Source: an uncultured Lachnoanaerobaculum sp. | GTDB lineage: Bacteria; Bacillota; Clostridia; Lachnospirales; Lachnospiraceae | Reading direction: 5' to 3' | Length of the DNA: 64,000 bases | NCBI GenBank assembly: GCA_938015485.1 | Contig: CALLVU010000128.1 | Span: 4,427 to 68,426 of the forward strand | In this document: piece by piece, positions 46,736 to 56,608 of the stretch | Numbering within the stretch: the first letter of the stretch is position 1 | How the letters are laid out: each line of letters begins with the position of its first letter | The notes under the pieces: generated by a model | Databases searched by the model: none | The model's input: only the letters and a program-made list of their open reading frames with translations | What the model was told of the DNA's origin: nothing | Made by a program: the position numbers and the translations under genes

Positions 46736-47950
46736 ATGAGATTTACATTACCAAGGGATATTTATCACGGAAAAGATTCACTTGAGGCTTTGAAGAACTT
46801 CACAGGCAAGAAGGCGTTTGTCTGTGTAGGCGGAGGCTCTATGAAGAGATTCGGCTTTTTGGATAAGGTGATAGACTACCTTAAAGAAGCAGGCATGGAG
46901 GTAAAGCTTTTTGAAGGAATAGAGTCCGACCCTTCTGTAGATACCGTAATGCGCGGTGCTAAGGAAATGATAGAGTTCGGACCGGACTGGATAGTGGCTA
47001 TCGGCGGAGGCTCACCTATTGATGCCGCTAAGGCTATGTGGATAAAATATGAGTATCCTGATTGTACATTTGAAGATATGTGTAAGGTGTTCGGTATTCC
47101 CACACTTAGAAAGAAAGCAAAGTTCTGTGCTATTTCTTCCACATCGGGAACCGCTACCGAGGTAACGGCTTTTTCAATCATTACAGACTATGAAAAGGGC
47201 ATCAAATATCCTATAGCAGACTTTGAGATAACACCTGATGTGGCAATCGTAGACCCTGCACTTGCAGAGACTATGCCGAAGAAGCTTGTTGCACATACAG
47301 GTATGGATGCTTTGACACATGCGATTGAGGCGTATGTATCTACTGCAAACTGTGATTTTACAGATCCTCTTGCACTGCATGCAATAGAGATGATTCATAA
47401 GTATCTTATAAAGTCATACAATGAGAACAAGGAAGCAAGAGATGCAATGCACAATGCACAGTGTCTTGCAGGTATGGCGTTCTCAAATGCATTGCTTGGA
47501 ATAGTACATTCAATGGCACATAAGACAGGTGCGGTATTCGGCGACTACGGTGCTCACATTATACATGGTGCCGCAAATGCAATGTATCTTCCTAAGGTAA
47601 TCGCTTTTAACGCTAAGGACGGTGAGGCGGCTAAGAGATATGCAAAGATAGCCGATGTACTGGGTCTGCCGGGAAGCACACAGGAAGAGAAGATAAAAGA
47701 ACTTATCAAATATGTCAGAGGAATGAATGACGAGCTTAATATTCCACACTGCATAAAGAATTACGGAGCAGATTCATATCCTACAGAGAACGGATTTGTA
47801 CCTGAGAATGTATTCCTTGAGAGATTGCATGATATAGCCGTAAATGCAGTAGCGGACGCTTGTACAGGTTCAAATCCTAGACAACCAAGTGTTGAAGAGA
47901 TGGAAAAACTTTTGAAATGTTGCTATTATGATACTGAAGTTGACTTCTAA
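46736..47950 (+). CDS. Iron-containing alcohol dehydrogenase (1,3-propanediol/butanol dehydrogenase-like)
   Basis: ATG at 46736 after GGAGG. GGGSPIDAAKAMW, TSGTATEVT, HTGMDALTHAIEAY, HSMAHK: Fe-ADH signatures. Confidence 0.9.
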   Translation: MRFTLPRDIYHGKDSLEALKNFTGKKAFVCVGGGSMKRFGFLDKVIDYLKEAGMEVKLFEGIESDPSVDTVMRGAKEMIEFGPDWIVAIGGGSPIDAAKAMWIKYEYPDCTFEDMCKVFGIPTLRKKAKFCAISSTSGTATEVTAFSIITDYEKGIKYPIADFEITPDVAIVDPALAETMPKKLVAHTGMDALTHAIEAYVSTANCDFTDPLALHAIEMIHKYLIKSYNENKEARDAMHNAQCLAGMAFSNALLGIVHSMAHKTGAVFGDYGAHIIHGAANAMYLPKVIAFNAKDGEAAKRYAKIADVLGLPGSTQEEKIKELIKYVRGMNDELNIPHCIKNYGADSYPTENGFVPENVFLERLHDIAVNAVADACTGSNPRQPSVEEMEKLLKCCYYDTEVDF

Positions 47951-47991
47951 TATAAGCAGAGATATGAAGTCTTAGTATCTCAGCATAATGA

Positions 47992-48027
47992 AACACATCA
48001 ATGACGTAAGTTGTTGGTGTGTTTTTT
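47992..48027 (+). terminator. Rho-independent terminator
   Basis: AACACATCAA / TTGGTGTGTT stem (one G-U pair) followed by a T-run. Confidence 0.6.
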
Positions 48028-48076
48028 CGGCTTATGAATCATCTATAATAAATATAAAACTCATTATCAAATTTAC

Positions 48077-48114
48077 TTGAAAAATAATAAAAAAAGTTGT
48101 AATATGATAACGAG
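48077..48114 (+). promoter_or_regulatory. Candidate zur/znu promoter with overlapping imperfect palindrome (possible Zur box)
   Basis: TTGAAA, 17 nt, TAATAT. TTGTAATATGATAACGA overlaps the -10 and is loosely palindromic (GTAAT..ATAAC). Weak. Confidence 0.3.
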
Positions 48115-48161
48115 TTTCAAATTAGACTATCCGAGTAGGGTAGCAATGTTGGAGGTGTGAT

Positions 48162-48581
48162 TTGACGAAGGCTCAGTATAAAACCAAACAATTGTTGGAA
48201 ATAGAGGATTTCCTGAAGGAAAATGCGAACAAGCATGTCACTGTGAATGATATTATTCTTTTTTTCAAAGAGCAGGGAAAGAACATCGGGAAAGCCACTG
48301 TTTACAGACATTTGGAAAGAATGGTAAGTGACGGATCCGTACATAAATATATGCTTGATGCGGGAGACAGCGCGTGCTTTGAGTATATTGAAGATGAGGA
48401 CTTGCATCCGGTTTGCTTTCACTGTAAATGTGAGAAATGCGGTAAACTTATTCACTTGGAGTGTACTGAATTGTCCCTCATAGGAGACCATCTGAGAGAG
48501 GAACACGGCTTTGATATAGACCACGCCAGAACTGTTTTTTATGGAACTTGTAATGAATGTAGAAAAGAGGGTAAGCTATGA
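48162..48581 (+). CDS. zur: Fur-family transcriptional repressor (Zur-like)
   Basis: TTG start. 139 aa. ATVYRHLERMVSDGSV (wHTH), CFHCKCEKCGK...CNEC (two CxxC pairs). Directly upstream of a metal ABC transporter. Confidence 0.8.
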   Translation: MTKAQYKTKQLLEIEDFLKENANKHVTVNDIILFFKEQGKNIGKATVYRHLERMVSDGSVHKYMLDAGDSACFEYIEDEDLHPVCFHCKCEKCGKLIHLECTELSLIGDHLREEHGFDIDHARTVFYGTCNECRKEGKL

Positions 48582-49543
48582 AAAGGTTTATTGGAATAGG
48601 ACTTGGTATCCTTATGGTAATGATGACACTTCTCGGCTGTGCAAAAAAAGATGATACGGCTGCAAGCGCAGGTAAAGAAGGTAAGAAAATCAGTATTGTT
48701 ACTACTATTTTTCCGGCATATGACTGGGTAAAGCAGGTGGTAGGCGATAATAAGAATGTGGATATTACCTTCCTTATAGATAAGGGAGTGGATTTGCACA
48801 GCTATCAGGCGTCCGCACAGGATATTGCAAAAATTACGGACAGCGACCTGTTCGTATATGTAGGCGGAGAGTCTGACGGATGGGCTGAGGATATCGTAAA
48901 GGAAAATCCTAATCTGAAATACATCAGTATGGTAGACAGTATCGGTAAAGCTGCATTAGAAGAGGAACTTGTAGAGGGTATGCAGGAGGAACAAGGCGAA
49001 GAAGAGGGAGAAGAGTGCGCTATCGATGAGCACGTTTGGCTTTCATTGGCAAATGCCAAGACTATAGTGGGGGCTATAGAAGCCAAGTTGGCGGAGATAG
49101 ATCCTGACAATAAGAGCAGTTATGAAAAGAATGCAAATGATTATATTGCAAAGCTTGACGCGCTTGACAAAGAGTATCAGGATGCTCTTTCAAAAGTTCA
49201 GGATAAGACAATCCTTGTGGGAGACAGATTCCCGTTCAGATACCTTGTAAATGAGTATGGAATAAAGTATTATGCCGCATTTAAAGGATGTGATGCAAAC
49301 AGTGAGGCGTCATTTGAGACGGTCAAATTCTTGGCAAACAAGATGGATGAGTTGAAGCTTACAAAGATATTTATAATTGACGGTTCAAAGGGTGACCTTG
49401 CAAAGACAATAGTGGAAAACACAAAGGATAAGAATGCAAAGGTTTTGGTACTTGACTCTATGCAGTCAACAAAGAGTAGTGATAATGCCGACTACCTTGA
49501 TATAATGAAAAAGAATTTGGAAGTACTCAAAGAGGCATTATAG
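48578..49543 (+). CDS. znuA: Metal (zinc) ABC transporter substrate-binding lipoprotein (ZnuA/AdcA family)
   Basis: Lipobox LLGC. Cluster-9 SBP layout with an acidic loop EEQGEEEGEECAIDEHVW. Confidence 0.8.
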   Translation: MKRFIGIGLGILMVMMTLLGCAKKDDTAASAGKEGKKISIVTTIFPAYDWVKQVVGDNKNVDITFLIDKGVDLHSYQASAQDIAKITDSDLFVYVGGESDGWAEDIVKENPNLKYISMVDSIGKAALEEELVEGMQEEQGEEEGEECAIDEHVWLSLANAKTIVGAIEAKLAEIDPDNKSSYEKNANDYIAKLDALDKEYQDALSKVQDKTILVGDRFPFRYLVNEYGIKYYAAFKGCDANSEASFETVKFLANKMDELKLTKIFIIDGSKGDLAKTIVENTKDKNAKVLVLDSMQSTKSSDNADYLDIMKKNLEVLKEAL

Positions 49544-49554
49544 ACTGGAGATTT

Positions 49555-50226
49555 ATGATAAAATGTGAAAATCTGTCACTGGGATATGACGGAAAGGCTA
49601 TAGTAGAGAATCTGAACTTTGAAATAAAAGACGGGGATTATCTATGCATTATAGGGGAGAACGGTGTGGGAAAGTCTACATTGATAAAGACGCTTTTAAA
49701 ACTTATAAAGCCTATATCCGGAGAGGTTATATATAATGAGAACCTTGTGCCGACAGAAATAGGATACCTTTCACAGCAACAGCAGCTTATGAAGGATTTC
49801 CCGGCATCTGTCTTTGAAATAGTAATCTCGGGATGTCAGTCAAAGGTGGGGATTAGACCGTTTTATAATAAAAAAGAAAAGCTGGCCGCAAGGGAAAAGA
49901 TAGAAGAGCTGGGGCTTTCCGATCTTATGAAAAGAAGCTTCAGTGAACTCTCAGGCGGTCAGCAGCAAAGAGTTCTTTTAGCCAGAGCATTGATGGCAGG
50001 TCAGAGGCTCATGATACTTGATGAGCCTGTGACAGGTCTTGACCCGCATGCAAGTCAAAATATGTATGATATTATCAACGGGCTTAATAAAGACGGAATG
50101 ACGATAGTTATGATTTCACATGATGTGGATGAGGCGCTTGAGTATGCGACAAATGTGTTATATATAGGAAAGCAGATATTTTTCGGAGATACGGACGAGT
50201 ATAAAGGGAGTGTGGGAATACAATGA
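49555..50226 (+). CDS. znuC: Metal ABC transporter ATP-binding protein
   Basis: GENGVGKST (Walker A), LSGGQQQRVLLARAL, LMILDEP. Confidence 0.85.
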   Translation: MIKCENLSLGYDGKAIVENLNFEIKDGDYLCIIGENGVGKSTLIKTLLKLIKPISGEVIYNENLVPTEIGYLSQQQQLMKDFPASVFEIVISGCQSKVGIRPFYNKKEKLAAREKIEELGLSDLMKRSFSELSGGQQQRVLLARALMAGQRLMILDEPVTGLDPHASQNMYDIINGLNKDGMTIVMISHDVDEALEYATNVLYIGKQIFFGDTDEYKGSVGIQ

Positions 50227-51053
50227 AAGAATTCAGTTTATATTTTAGTTATCCTTTTGTACGATATGCGATAATCGTAGGAATACTTATAGCGCTTTGC
50301 TCTTCACTTCTTGGAGTTATCCTGGTTTTGAAGAGATTTTCATTTATAGGAGACGGACTTTCACATGTGGCTTTCGGTGCGGTATCGGTGGCTACAGTGT
50401 TTAATCTTACCGACAATATGATACTTGTACTGCCGGTAACAATTATTGCCGCAATTATTCTTTTAAAAGGCGGTACAGGCGGCAAGATAAAAGGTGACGC
50501 CTCTATAGCCATGATGTCTGTAGGAGCGTTGGCATTCGGCTATTTGGCGATGAATGTGTTCTCAAGCGGAGCAAATCTTGCAGGAGATGTATGTACCACT
50601 CTTTTCGGGTCCACATCAATACTTACATTGACCAAGGAAAAGGTAATGCTTTGTATTGTGCTTTCTGTAATTGTGATAGCCATATTTATACTGTTTTACA
50701 ATAAAATATTTGCAGTGACCTTTGATGAAAACTTTGCCGTTGCGACAGGTATCAACACAAGAAAATACAATCTTTTGATAGCAATTATTATTGCGGTGAT
50801 TGTGGTACTGGCAATGAATCTGGTGGGATCATTGCTTATATCCGCACTTGTAGTATTCCCTGCACTTGCTTCTATGTGTGTGTTCAAAAGCTTTTTATCC
50901 GTAACCGTATCATCGGCAATATTTTCGGTGGTATGTACAAGTGTCGGACTTCTTATTTCGATACTTGCAGGTTCACCTGTGGGTGCCACTATTGTGTGTA
51001 TTGATATATTGGTATTCTTTGTATTTTATATACTCGGCAGAGTAAAGGGGTAG
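50223..51053 (+). CDS. znuB: Metal ABC transporter permease
   Basis: 276 aa, about 8 TM segments, ABC-3 family layout. ATGA overlap with the ATPase gene. Confidence 0.8.
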   Translation: MKEFSLYFSYPFVRYAIIVGILIALCSSLLGVILVLKRFSFIGDGLSHVAFGAVSVATVFNLTDNMILVLPVTIIAAIILLKGGTGGKIKGDASIAMMSVGALAFGYLAMNVFSSGANLAGDVCTTLFGSTSILTLTKEKVMLCIVLSVIVIAIFILFYNKIFAVTFDENFAVATGINTRKYNLLIAIIIAVIVVLAMNLVGSLLISALVVFPALASMCVFKSFLSVTVSSAIFSVVCTSVGLLISILAGSPVGATIVCIDILVFFVFYILGRVKG

Positions 51054-51226
51054 TTAGTACAGACTACCCTGTATTTATGCTTATATTTTATATTCTTTGT
51101 TATTTTTTTATCTTGATAATACTTTTGAATTAATGTAAAATCAAAGTCGAGTTTAGAAATAACAAACAACCGCAGTTGTTTTCGGTTGCTTAAGATAGCA
51201 TTTGTTTGATAGAAAAAGAGGTATAT

Positions 51227-52756
51227 ATGGATAAGAGACCGATAGTACTATGTATAATGGATGGTTTAGGTATAAGAAAAGGACATGATCATAATGCCGT
51301 ATTTGAGGCAAAGACTCCGAATCTTGACAGACTTGAGAAGGAATATCCTTTTGTAGAGGGTCAGGCAAGCGGACTTTATGTAGGTCTGCCTGACGGACAG
51401 ATGGGTAATTCCGAGGTAGGTCATATGAATATGGGTGCCGGAAGGATTATCTATCAGGAGTTGACCAGAATATCAAAGGCGATAGAGGACGGAGATTTCT
51501 ATAAGAATAAGGGACTTTTGGCCGCTGTAGAGAATGTAAAGAAAAACAACAGTGCACTTCACCTTATGGGACTTGTTTCAAGCGGCGGTGTTCACAGCTA
51601 CAATACTCATATCTACGGACTTTTGGAACTTGCAAAGAGAAACGGTATCAAGGAAGTTTATGTACATGCATTCCTTGACGGTAGAGATACACCTCCTACA
51701 TCAGGTAAGGAGTTTGTAGCCGAGCTTGAAGATGAGATGGCAAAGATAGGTGTTGGTAAGGTTGCATCTGTGATGGGTCGTTTCTATGCAATGGACAGAG
51801 ACAACCGTTGGGACAGAGTTGAGGCGGCTTACAATATAATGACAAAGGGCGGCAATGAAAAGGTAAGCGCTACAGAAGGTATACAGGAGTCATATGATGA
51901 TGACAAGAACGATGAGTTCGTAGTACCTTTTGCAGTAGAAGGAACAAAGAGAATACAGAACAATGATTCTATAATATTCTTCAACTTCAGACCTGACAGA
52001 GCAAGAGAGATGACAAGAGTGTTCTGTGTAGACGACTTTAACGGTTTTGACAGAGGAGACAGACTTCATACAACATTTGTTTGCTTCACGGATTATGATG
52101 ACACTATCACAGATAAGATAGTTGCATTTGAAAAAGAAGAGATAAAGGATACATTCGGTGAGTTCTTGGCTGCACATCATTTAAAGCAACTAAGACTTGC
52201 AGAGACTGAAAAGTACGCACATGTTACTTTCTTCTTCAACGGCGGTAAGGAAGAGCCGAATGAGGGTGAGGACAGAATCCTTGTAAATTCTCCTAAGGAT
52301 GTGGCAACTTATGACCTCAAGCCTCAGATGAGTGCTTATGAGGTTTGTGACAAGCTTGTAGGTGCTATAAAGGGCGGTAAATATGATGTTATCATTATCA
52401 ACTTTGCAAACCCTGATATGGTCGGACATACGGCGGTTGAATCTGCAGCCATAAAGGCTGTAGAGGTAGTCGATGAGTGTGTCGGCAAGGCGGTTGAAGC
52501 TATTAAGGAAGTGAACGGTATAATGTTTATATGTGCCGACCACGGAAACTGTGAGACATTGGTTGATGAGAAAACAGGTGAGCCTTATACAGCACATACT
52601 ACAAACCCTGTACCTTTCATACTTGTCAACGCGGACCCTAAGTATAAGCTTGCAGAAGGCGGAAGACTTTGTGATATAGTTCCTACACTTATAGAGCTTA
52701 TGGGAATGAAAAAACCTGAGGATATGACAGGAAAGAGCCTTTTGGTTGAGAAATAA
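51227..52756 (+). CDS. gpmI: 2,3-bisphosphoglycerate-independent phosphoglycerate mutase
   Basis: ATG at 51227 after AAGAGG. IMDGLG, GQMGNSEVGHMNMGAGR, GLVSSGGVHS, ADHGN. Confidence 0.95.
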   Translation: MDKRPIVLCIMDGLGIRKGHDHNAVFEAKTPNLDRLEKEYPFVEGQASGLYVGLPDGQMGNSEVGHMNMGAGRIIYQELTRISKAIEDGDFYKNKGLLAAVENVKKNNSALHLMGLVSSGGVHSYNTHIYGLLELAKRNGIKEVYVHAFLDGRDTPPTSGKEFVAELEDEMAKIGVGKVASVMGRFYAMDRDNRWDRVEAAYNIMTKGGNEKVSATEGIQESYDDDKNDEFVVPFAVEGTKRIQNNDSIIFFNFRPDRAREMTRVFCVDDFNGFDRGDRLHTTFVCFTDYDDTITDKIVAFEKEEIKDTFGEFLAAHHLKQLRLAETEKYAHVTFFFNGGKEEPNEGEDRILVNSPKDVATYDLKPQMSAYEVCDKLVGAIKGGKYDVIIINFANPDMVGHTAVESAAIKAVEVVDECVGKAVEAIKEVNGIMFICADHGNCETLVDEKTGEPYTAHTTNPVPFILVNADPKYKLAEGGRLCDIVPTLIELMGMKKPEDMTGKSLLVEK

Positions 52757-52774
52757 AATATAATGATATGATAA

Positions 52775-52807
52775 AACGCTCGAAGGTAATACTCACGGGC
52801 GTTTTTT
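52775..52807 (+). terminator. Rho-independent terminator after gpmI
   Basis: AACGCTCG / CGGGCGTT stem followed by TTTTT. Confidence 0.6.
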
Positions 52808-53029
52808 GTTGCCTATATTTTAAACAAAAGTTAATCAATATGTACTTATTATTCATATGATATTACTTGACATTATAAATGGTTGGTGTATTATATGTAT
52901 TGGTACAGTTAATATAATTTACCACCTGACAAAAAGTGAAATAAATTATAAATATTTTGTGATTATTCTTGTTTAGGGGTAAATTTGCGATATAATATCA
53001 AATACCTTACAATAAATGACGGAGGTTAT

Positions 53030-54136
53030 ATGAAAAGTAATATAATAAAAATAGGAGCTTTGGGACTTGCTTCTATAATGGCCTTTGAGAGCGTGGGAGC
53101 AGGCAGTGTATTTGCACAGAGCTCAAACTTTGAATTAAGAAAAAAAGTAATAGGTCTTACGGGAATTACCTTTGTAAGTGGAAATATAGACAGATTTGTA
53201 ACCAGAGGTGAGTTTGCCAAGATGCTTGCACAGGCTTCACCGTATCGCTCGGTACTTACCAAAAACAGCAACACATCGGTATTTAATGATGTGCCTAAGG
53301 ACAATGAAAATGCGGCGGCTATAAAGATGGCTGTGGAGCACGGATATATGACAGGATACCTTGGCGGAGTGTTTAAGCCGAACGACAATGTTACGCTTAA
53401 TGATGCAATAAGAGGAGTACTTACATTACTTGGATATGATGCAAGCGATTTTGCGGGAGACGCCAACAATAAGAGAATGGCAAAGTACGGCTTCCTTGAG
53501 CTTAACGAAAATCTTACATCACTGAGTGCCAATTCAAATCTTACAGTGAGAGATTGTATAAATCTTTTCTACAATATGTTAAAGACCAATATGAAGGATG
53601 GCGGTGCATATGTGGTTACCATATTTAACGGTGAAATAAACAAAGACAAGGAGGTAAATCCTCTAAAGCTTGCAGATAATTCACTTAAGGGCCCGAAGGT
53701 TGTAAAGTCTGTAAATCAGCTTGCAAGGGCTTTGCCTTTTGATTATAAGGACGGTAACTTATTTGTAGACGGAAGAAGTGTGGGTGCAGATTATTTCAAG
53801 AGTCTTATGGAATCGTCGGATGTGGGACTTGTAATCTATTACTCCGCGGCTGCAAAGACTGTTTGGGCATATGATGAGAACACCGACGCCACCAACGGAA
53901 AGAAGGCTGTACACGGTACTGTAGAGAGTATTTACTATGAGTCAACTTCTTCACTTACACCTACATCGGTTACTATTGACGGACAGGAGTATCAGATTAC
54001 AAACAGCGATATGCAGTTTGCATTCTCTATCTACGGAAGCATCAAGGTAAACGACGATGTTACATTGGTAGTGGATATCAACAATGCCGGGGACGGCACT
54101 GTGACATATACTGTAGTTGATTATATAGAGGATTAG
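53030..54136 (+). CDS. Secreted SLH-domain-like cell-surface protein
   Basis: ATG at 53030. Signal peptide ...GAGSVFAQ. FVTRGEFAKMLAQA and FNDVPKDNENAAAIKMAVEHGYMTGYLGGVFKPNDNVTLNDA resemble SLH repeats. Confidence 0.6.
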   Translation: MKSNIIKIGALGLASIMAFESVGAGSVFAQSSNFELRKKVIGLTGITFVSGNIDRFVTRGEFAKMLAQASPYRSVLTKNSNTSVFNDVPKDNENAAAIKMAVEHGYMTGYLGGVFKPNDNVTLNDAIRGVLTLLGYDASDFAGDANNKRMAKYGFLELNENLTSLSANSNLTVRDCINLFYNMLKTNMKDGGAYVVTIFNGEINKDKEVNPLKLADNSLKGPKVVKSVNQLARALPFDYKDGNLFVDGRSVGADYFKSLMESSDVGLVIYYSAAAKTVWAYDENTDATNGKKAVHGTVESIYYESTSSLTPTSVTIDGQEYQITNSDMQFAFSIYGSIKVNDDVTLVVDINNAGDGTVTYTVVDYIED

Positions 54137-54146
54137 TGGGGGAAAG

Positions 54147-55904
54147 ATGAAGAAAAGATTTATAGTTATACCTGCACTTGTAGTACTTGGAGTAGGCGGA
54201 TTTTTCTTTATGAAGTCAAGGAATGCTTCCAAGATGGATATGAATACATTCGTATCGACAGCGGTAGTAACAAAACAGGATATATCTTCCGAGATTTCTT
54301 CCTCAGGAACTATTACTCCTAAGGATACTTACAATATCACTGCACTTGTATCAGGAGAGATTATTTCGGCTGATTTCAATGTGGGAGATACCGTAACTAA
54401 GGATCAGGTGTTGTATCAGATAGATAAGTCAAACCTTGAATCGGATATGAATGCTTCAAACAATTCACTCAATAAGGCAAATTCGGGTTATGCTACGGCA
54501 AGCAAGGAGTATGCAAAGGCAAAGGCCGAATTTGCAGGAAATCTTTACCGTTCTACCAGAAAGGGATATATAAAGGAACTCAGTATACAGGACGGAGATA
54601 AGATAAGCGGCGGAACCAAGCTTGCGACTATCTACAATGACAATGTGATGAATATTCGTATTCCTTTCTTAAGTGCGGAGTCCGGTAATATAACTCCGGG
54701 TATGACCGGAATATTGACACTGACTGAGACAGGTGAACAGGTGGAAGGTAAGGTGGTGTCCGTTTCAAGTATGGACCAGGCCATGGACGGCGGCAGACTT
54801 GTCCGCAATGTCACCTTTGAGGTGAACAATCCGGGCGGTCTGACAGATAAGACAACCGCAAATGCTACAGTCGGAGATATGACTTCTACAGGTGACGGAA
54901 CATTTGAGGCTTCCACAAATGTGGATATGAGTGCGGACCTTGCCGCAGGTGTGGATATTGAAAAGGTGCTTGTAAATGTAGGAGACTATGTGGAAGTCGG
55001 AACACCTATATTTAAGATGACCTCAGAGAGTGCCGATAAGCTTTTAAAGACATATAAGGATGCTGTGGATACCGCACAGGGTGATGTGGATACGGCCAAG
55101 AAAGGTGTGGATACAGCCAAGAAAACTTCGGATGAGTACACTATCAAATCACCTATTGCGGGAAAGGTAATCAGCAAGAATTATAAAGTCGGAGATAAGG
55201 TCGGCTCAGGCGGTGACAATAAGGCGACCACTATGGCGGTTATCTACGATATGAGTTCATATACATTCAAGATGAGTGTGGATGAGAAGGATATTACAAA
55301 GGTTCAAAGCGGTCAGAAAGTAAGAATAAAGTCCGATGCTTTCCCGGATAAGGAGTATTCGGGTACGGTGACCAATATAAGTCTTGAGAGTACCAGTCAA
55401 AACGGTGTGTCCACTTACCCTGTTACGGTAACTCTTGATGAAACCTATGATTTGCTTCCGGGAATGAATGTAGACGGATATATTACACTTGAATCCGCAA
55501 AGGATGCGCTCACTATACCTTCAAATGCGCTTATGAGAGGCAATAAGGTGTATGTAAGAGACAATTCCGCCTCGGAGACAAAGGCAGGTTCAAAAAGTGA
55601 TGAGAGAGGAGCTGCAAACTCAAGCGGTGACGGACTGATTCCGGCAGGATTTAAAGAGGTTACGGTAACCACAGGTGTTATCAATTCGGATTTTGTACAG
55701 ATTACTTCAGGACTTAATGAAGGTGATGAAGTCTATGTGGATGAGACTGCGGATATGAGTGTAGGTGAAACGGGAGCTGACGGAATGCCTGCAGACGATG
55801 GCGGAGCCGACATGGGCGGAGAAGGTGCCGGAGCTGAAGGAGCAGCCGGGGAAGGTGCAGGAGCGGACGCAGGCGGTGCGGATGCCGGAGCCGGAGGTCA
55901 GTAA
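54147..55904 (+). CDS. Efflux transporter periplasmic-adaptor (HlyD/MacA family) with low-complexity acidic Gly/Ala tail
   Basis: N-terminal TM, biotinyl-lipoyl-like hairpins (GEIISADFNVGDTVTKDQVLYQID; SPIAGKVISKNYKVGDKV), coiled coil, beta-barrel. Upstream of a MacB-like pair. Confidence 0.8.
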   Translation: MKKRFIVIPALVVLGVGGFFFMKSRNASKMDMNTFVSTAVVTKQDISSEISSSGTITPKDTYNITALVSGEIISADFNVGDTVTKDQVLYQIDKSNLESDMNASNNSLNKANSGYATASKEYAKAKAEFAGNLYRSTRKGYIKELSIQDGDKISGGTKLATIYNDNVMNIRIPFLSAESGNITPGMTGILTLTETGEQVEGKVVSVSSMDQAMDGGRLVRNVTFEVNNPGGLTDKTTANATVGDMTSTGDGTFEASTNVDMSADLAAGVDIEKVLVNVGDYVEVGTPIFKMTSESADKLLKTYKDAVDTAQGDVDTAKKGVDTAKKTSDEYTIKSPIAGKVISKNYKVGDKVGSGGDNKATTMAVIYDMSSYTFKMSVDEKDITKVQSGQKVRIKSDAFPDKEYSGTVTNISLESTSQNGVSTYPVTVTLDETYDLLPGMNVDGYITLESAKDALTIPSNALMRGNKVYVRDNSASETKAGSKSDERGAANSSGDGLIPAGFKEVTVTTGVINSDFVQITSGLNEGDEVYVDETADMSVGETGADGMPADDGGADMGGEGAGAEGAAGEGAGADAGGADAGAGGQ

Positions 55905-56608
55905 TGGAAAAACTTATCCAAATGATTGATATTCGAAAAGAATACAAGATGGGTGATGAAACGGTATATGCCAATGACGGCATTACGTTGGATATTGATA
56001 AGGGCGAGTTTGTAGCGATAGTCGGAAAGTCGGGATCCGGAAAGTCAACTCTTATGAATATAATAGGAGCCTTGGATGTGCCGACTTCAGGTACTTATCT
56101 TCTGGGCGGAAAGGATGTAGGTAAGATGAGTGACAATCAGCTTGCGGATATTCGCAACAAGATGATCGGATTTGTCTTCCAGCAGTACAATCTTTTGCCC
56201 AGAATGAATATACTTGAAAATGTTGAATTGCCGCTTTTGTATGCACATGTACCGACACATGAGAGAGAAAAAAGAGCTTTGGAGGCGCTTGAAAAGGTTG
56301 GCTTGGCAGAGAAGGCAAAGCAGATGCCCAAGCAGCTTTCAGGAGGACAGCAGCAAAGAGTGAGTATTGCAAGAGCTCTTGCCGCCAATCCTTCTCTTAT
56401 ACTTGCGGATGAGCCTACAGGAGCCCTTGATTCAAAGACAAGCCGTCAGGTACTGGACTTCTTTAAGAAGATTCATGAAGAGGGAAATACGGTTATTATG
56501 ATTACACATGATAATTCAATCGCCATTGAGGCGAAGAGAGTCATTAGAATAGCGGACGGCAAAATAAATTTTGATGGAAGTAGTGAAGATTATGCTGCAA
56601 TCATTTAA
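55904..56608 (+). CDS. ABC transporter ATP-binding protein (MacB/LolD-like)
   Basis: GKSGSGKST, LSGGQQQRVSIARAL, LILADEPTGALD. Confidence 0.9.
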   Translation: MEKLIQMIDIRKEYKMGDETVYANDGITLDIDKGEFVAIVGKSGSGKSTLMNIIGALDVPTSGTYLLGGKDVGKMSDNQLADIRNKMIGFVFQQYNLLPRMNILENVELPLLYAHVPTHEREKRALEALEKVGLAEKAKQMPKQLSGGQQQRVSIARALAANPSLILADEPTGALDSKTSRQVLDFFKKIHEEGNTVIMITHDNSIAIEAKRVIRIADGKINFDGSSEDYAAII

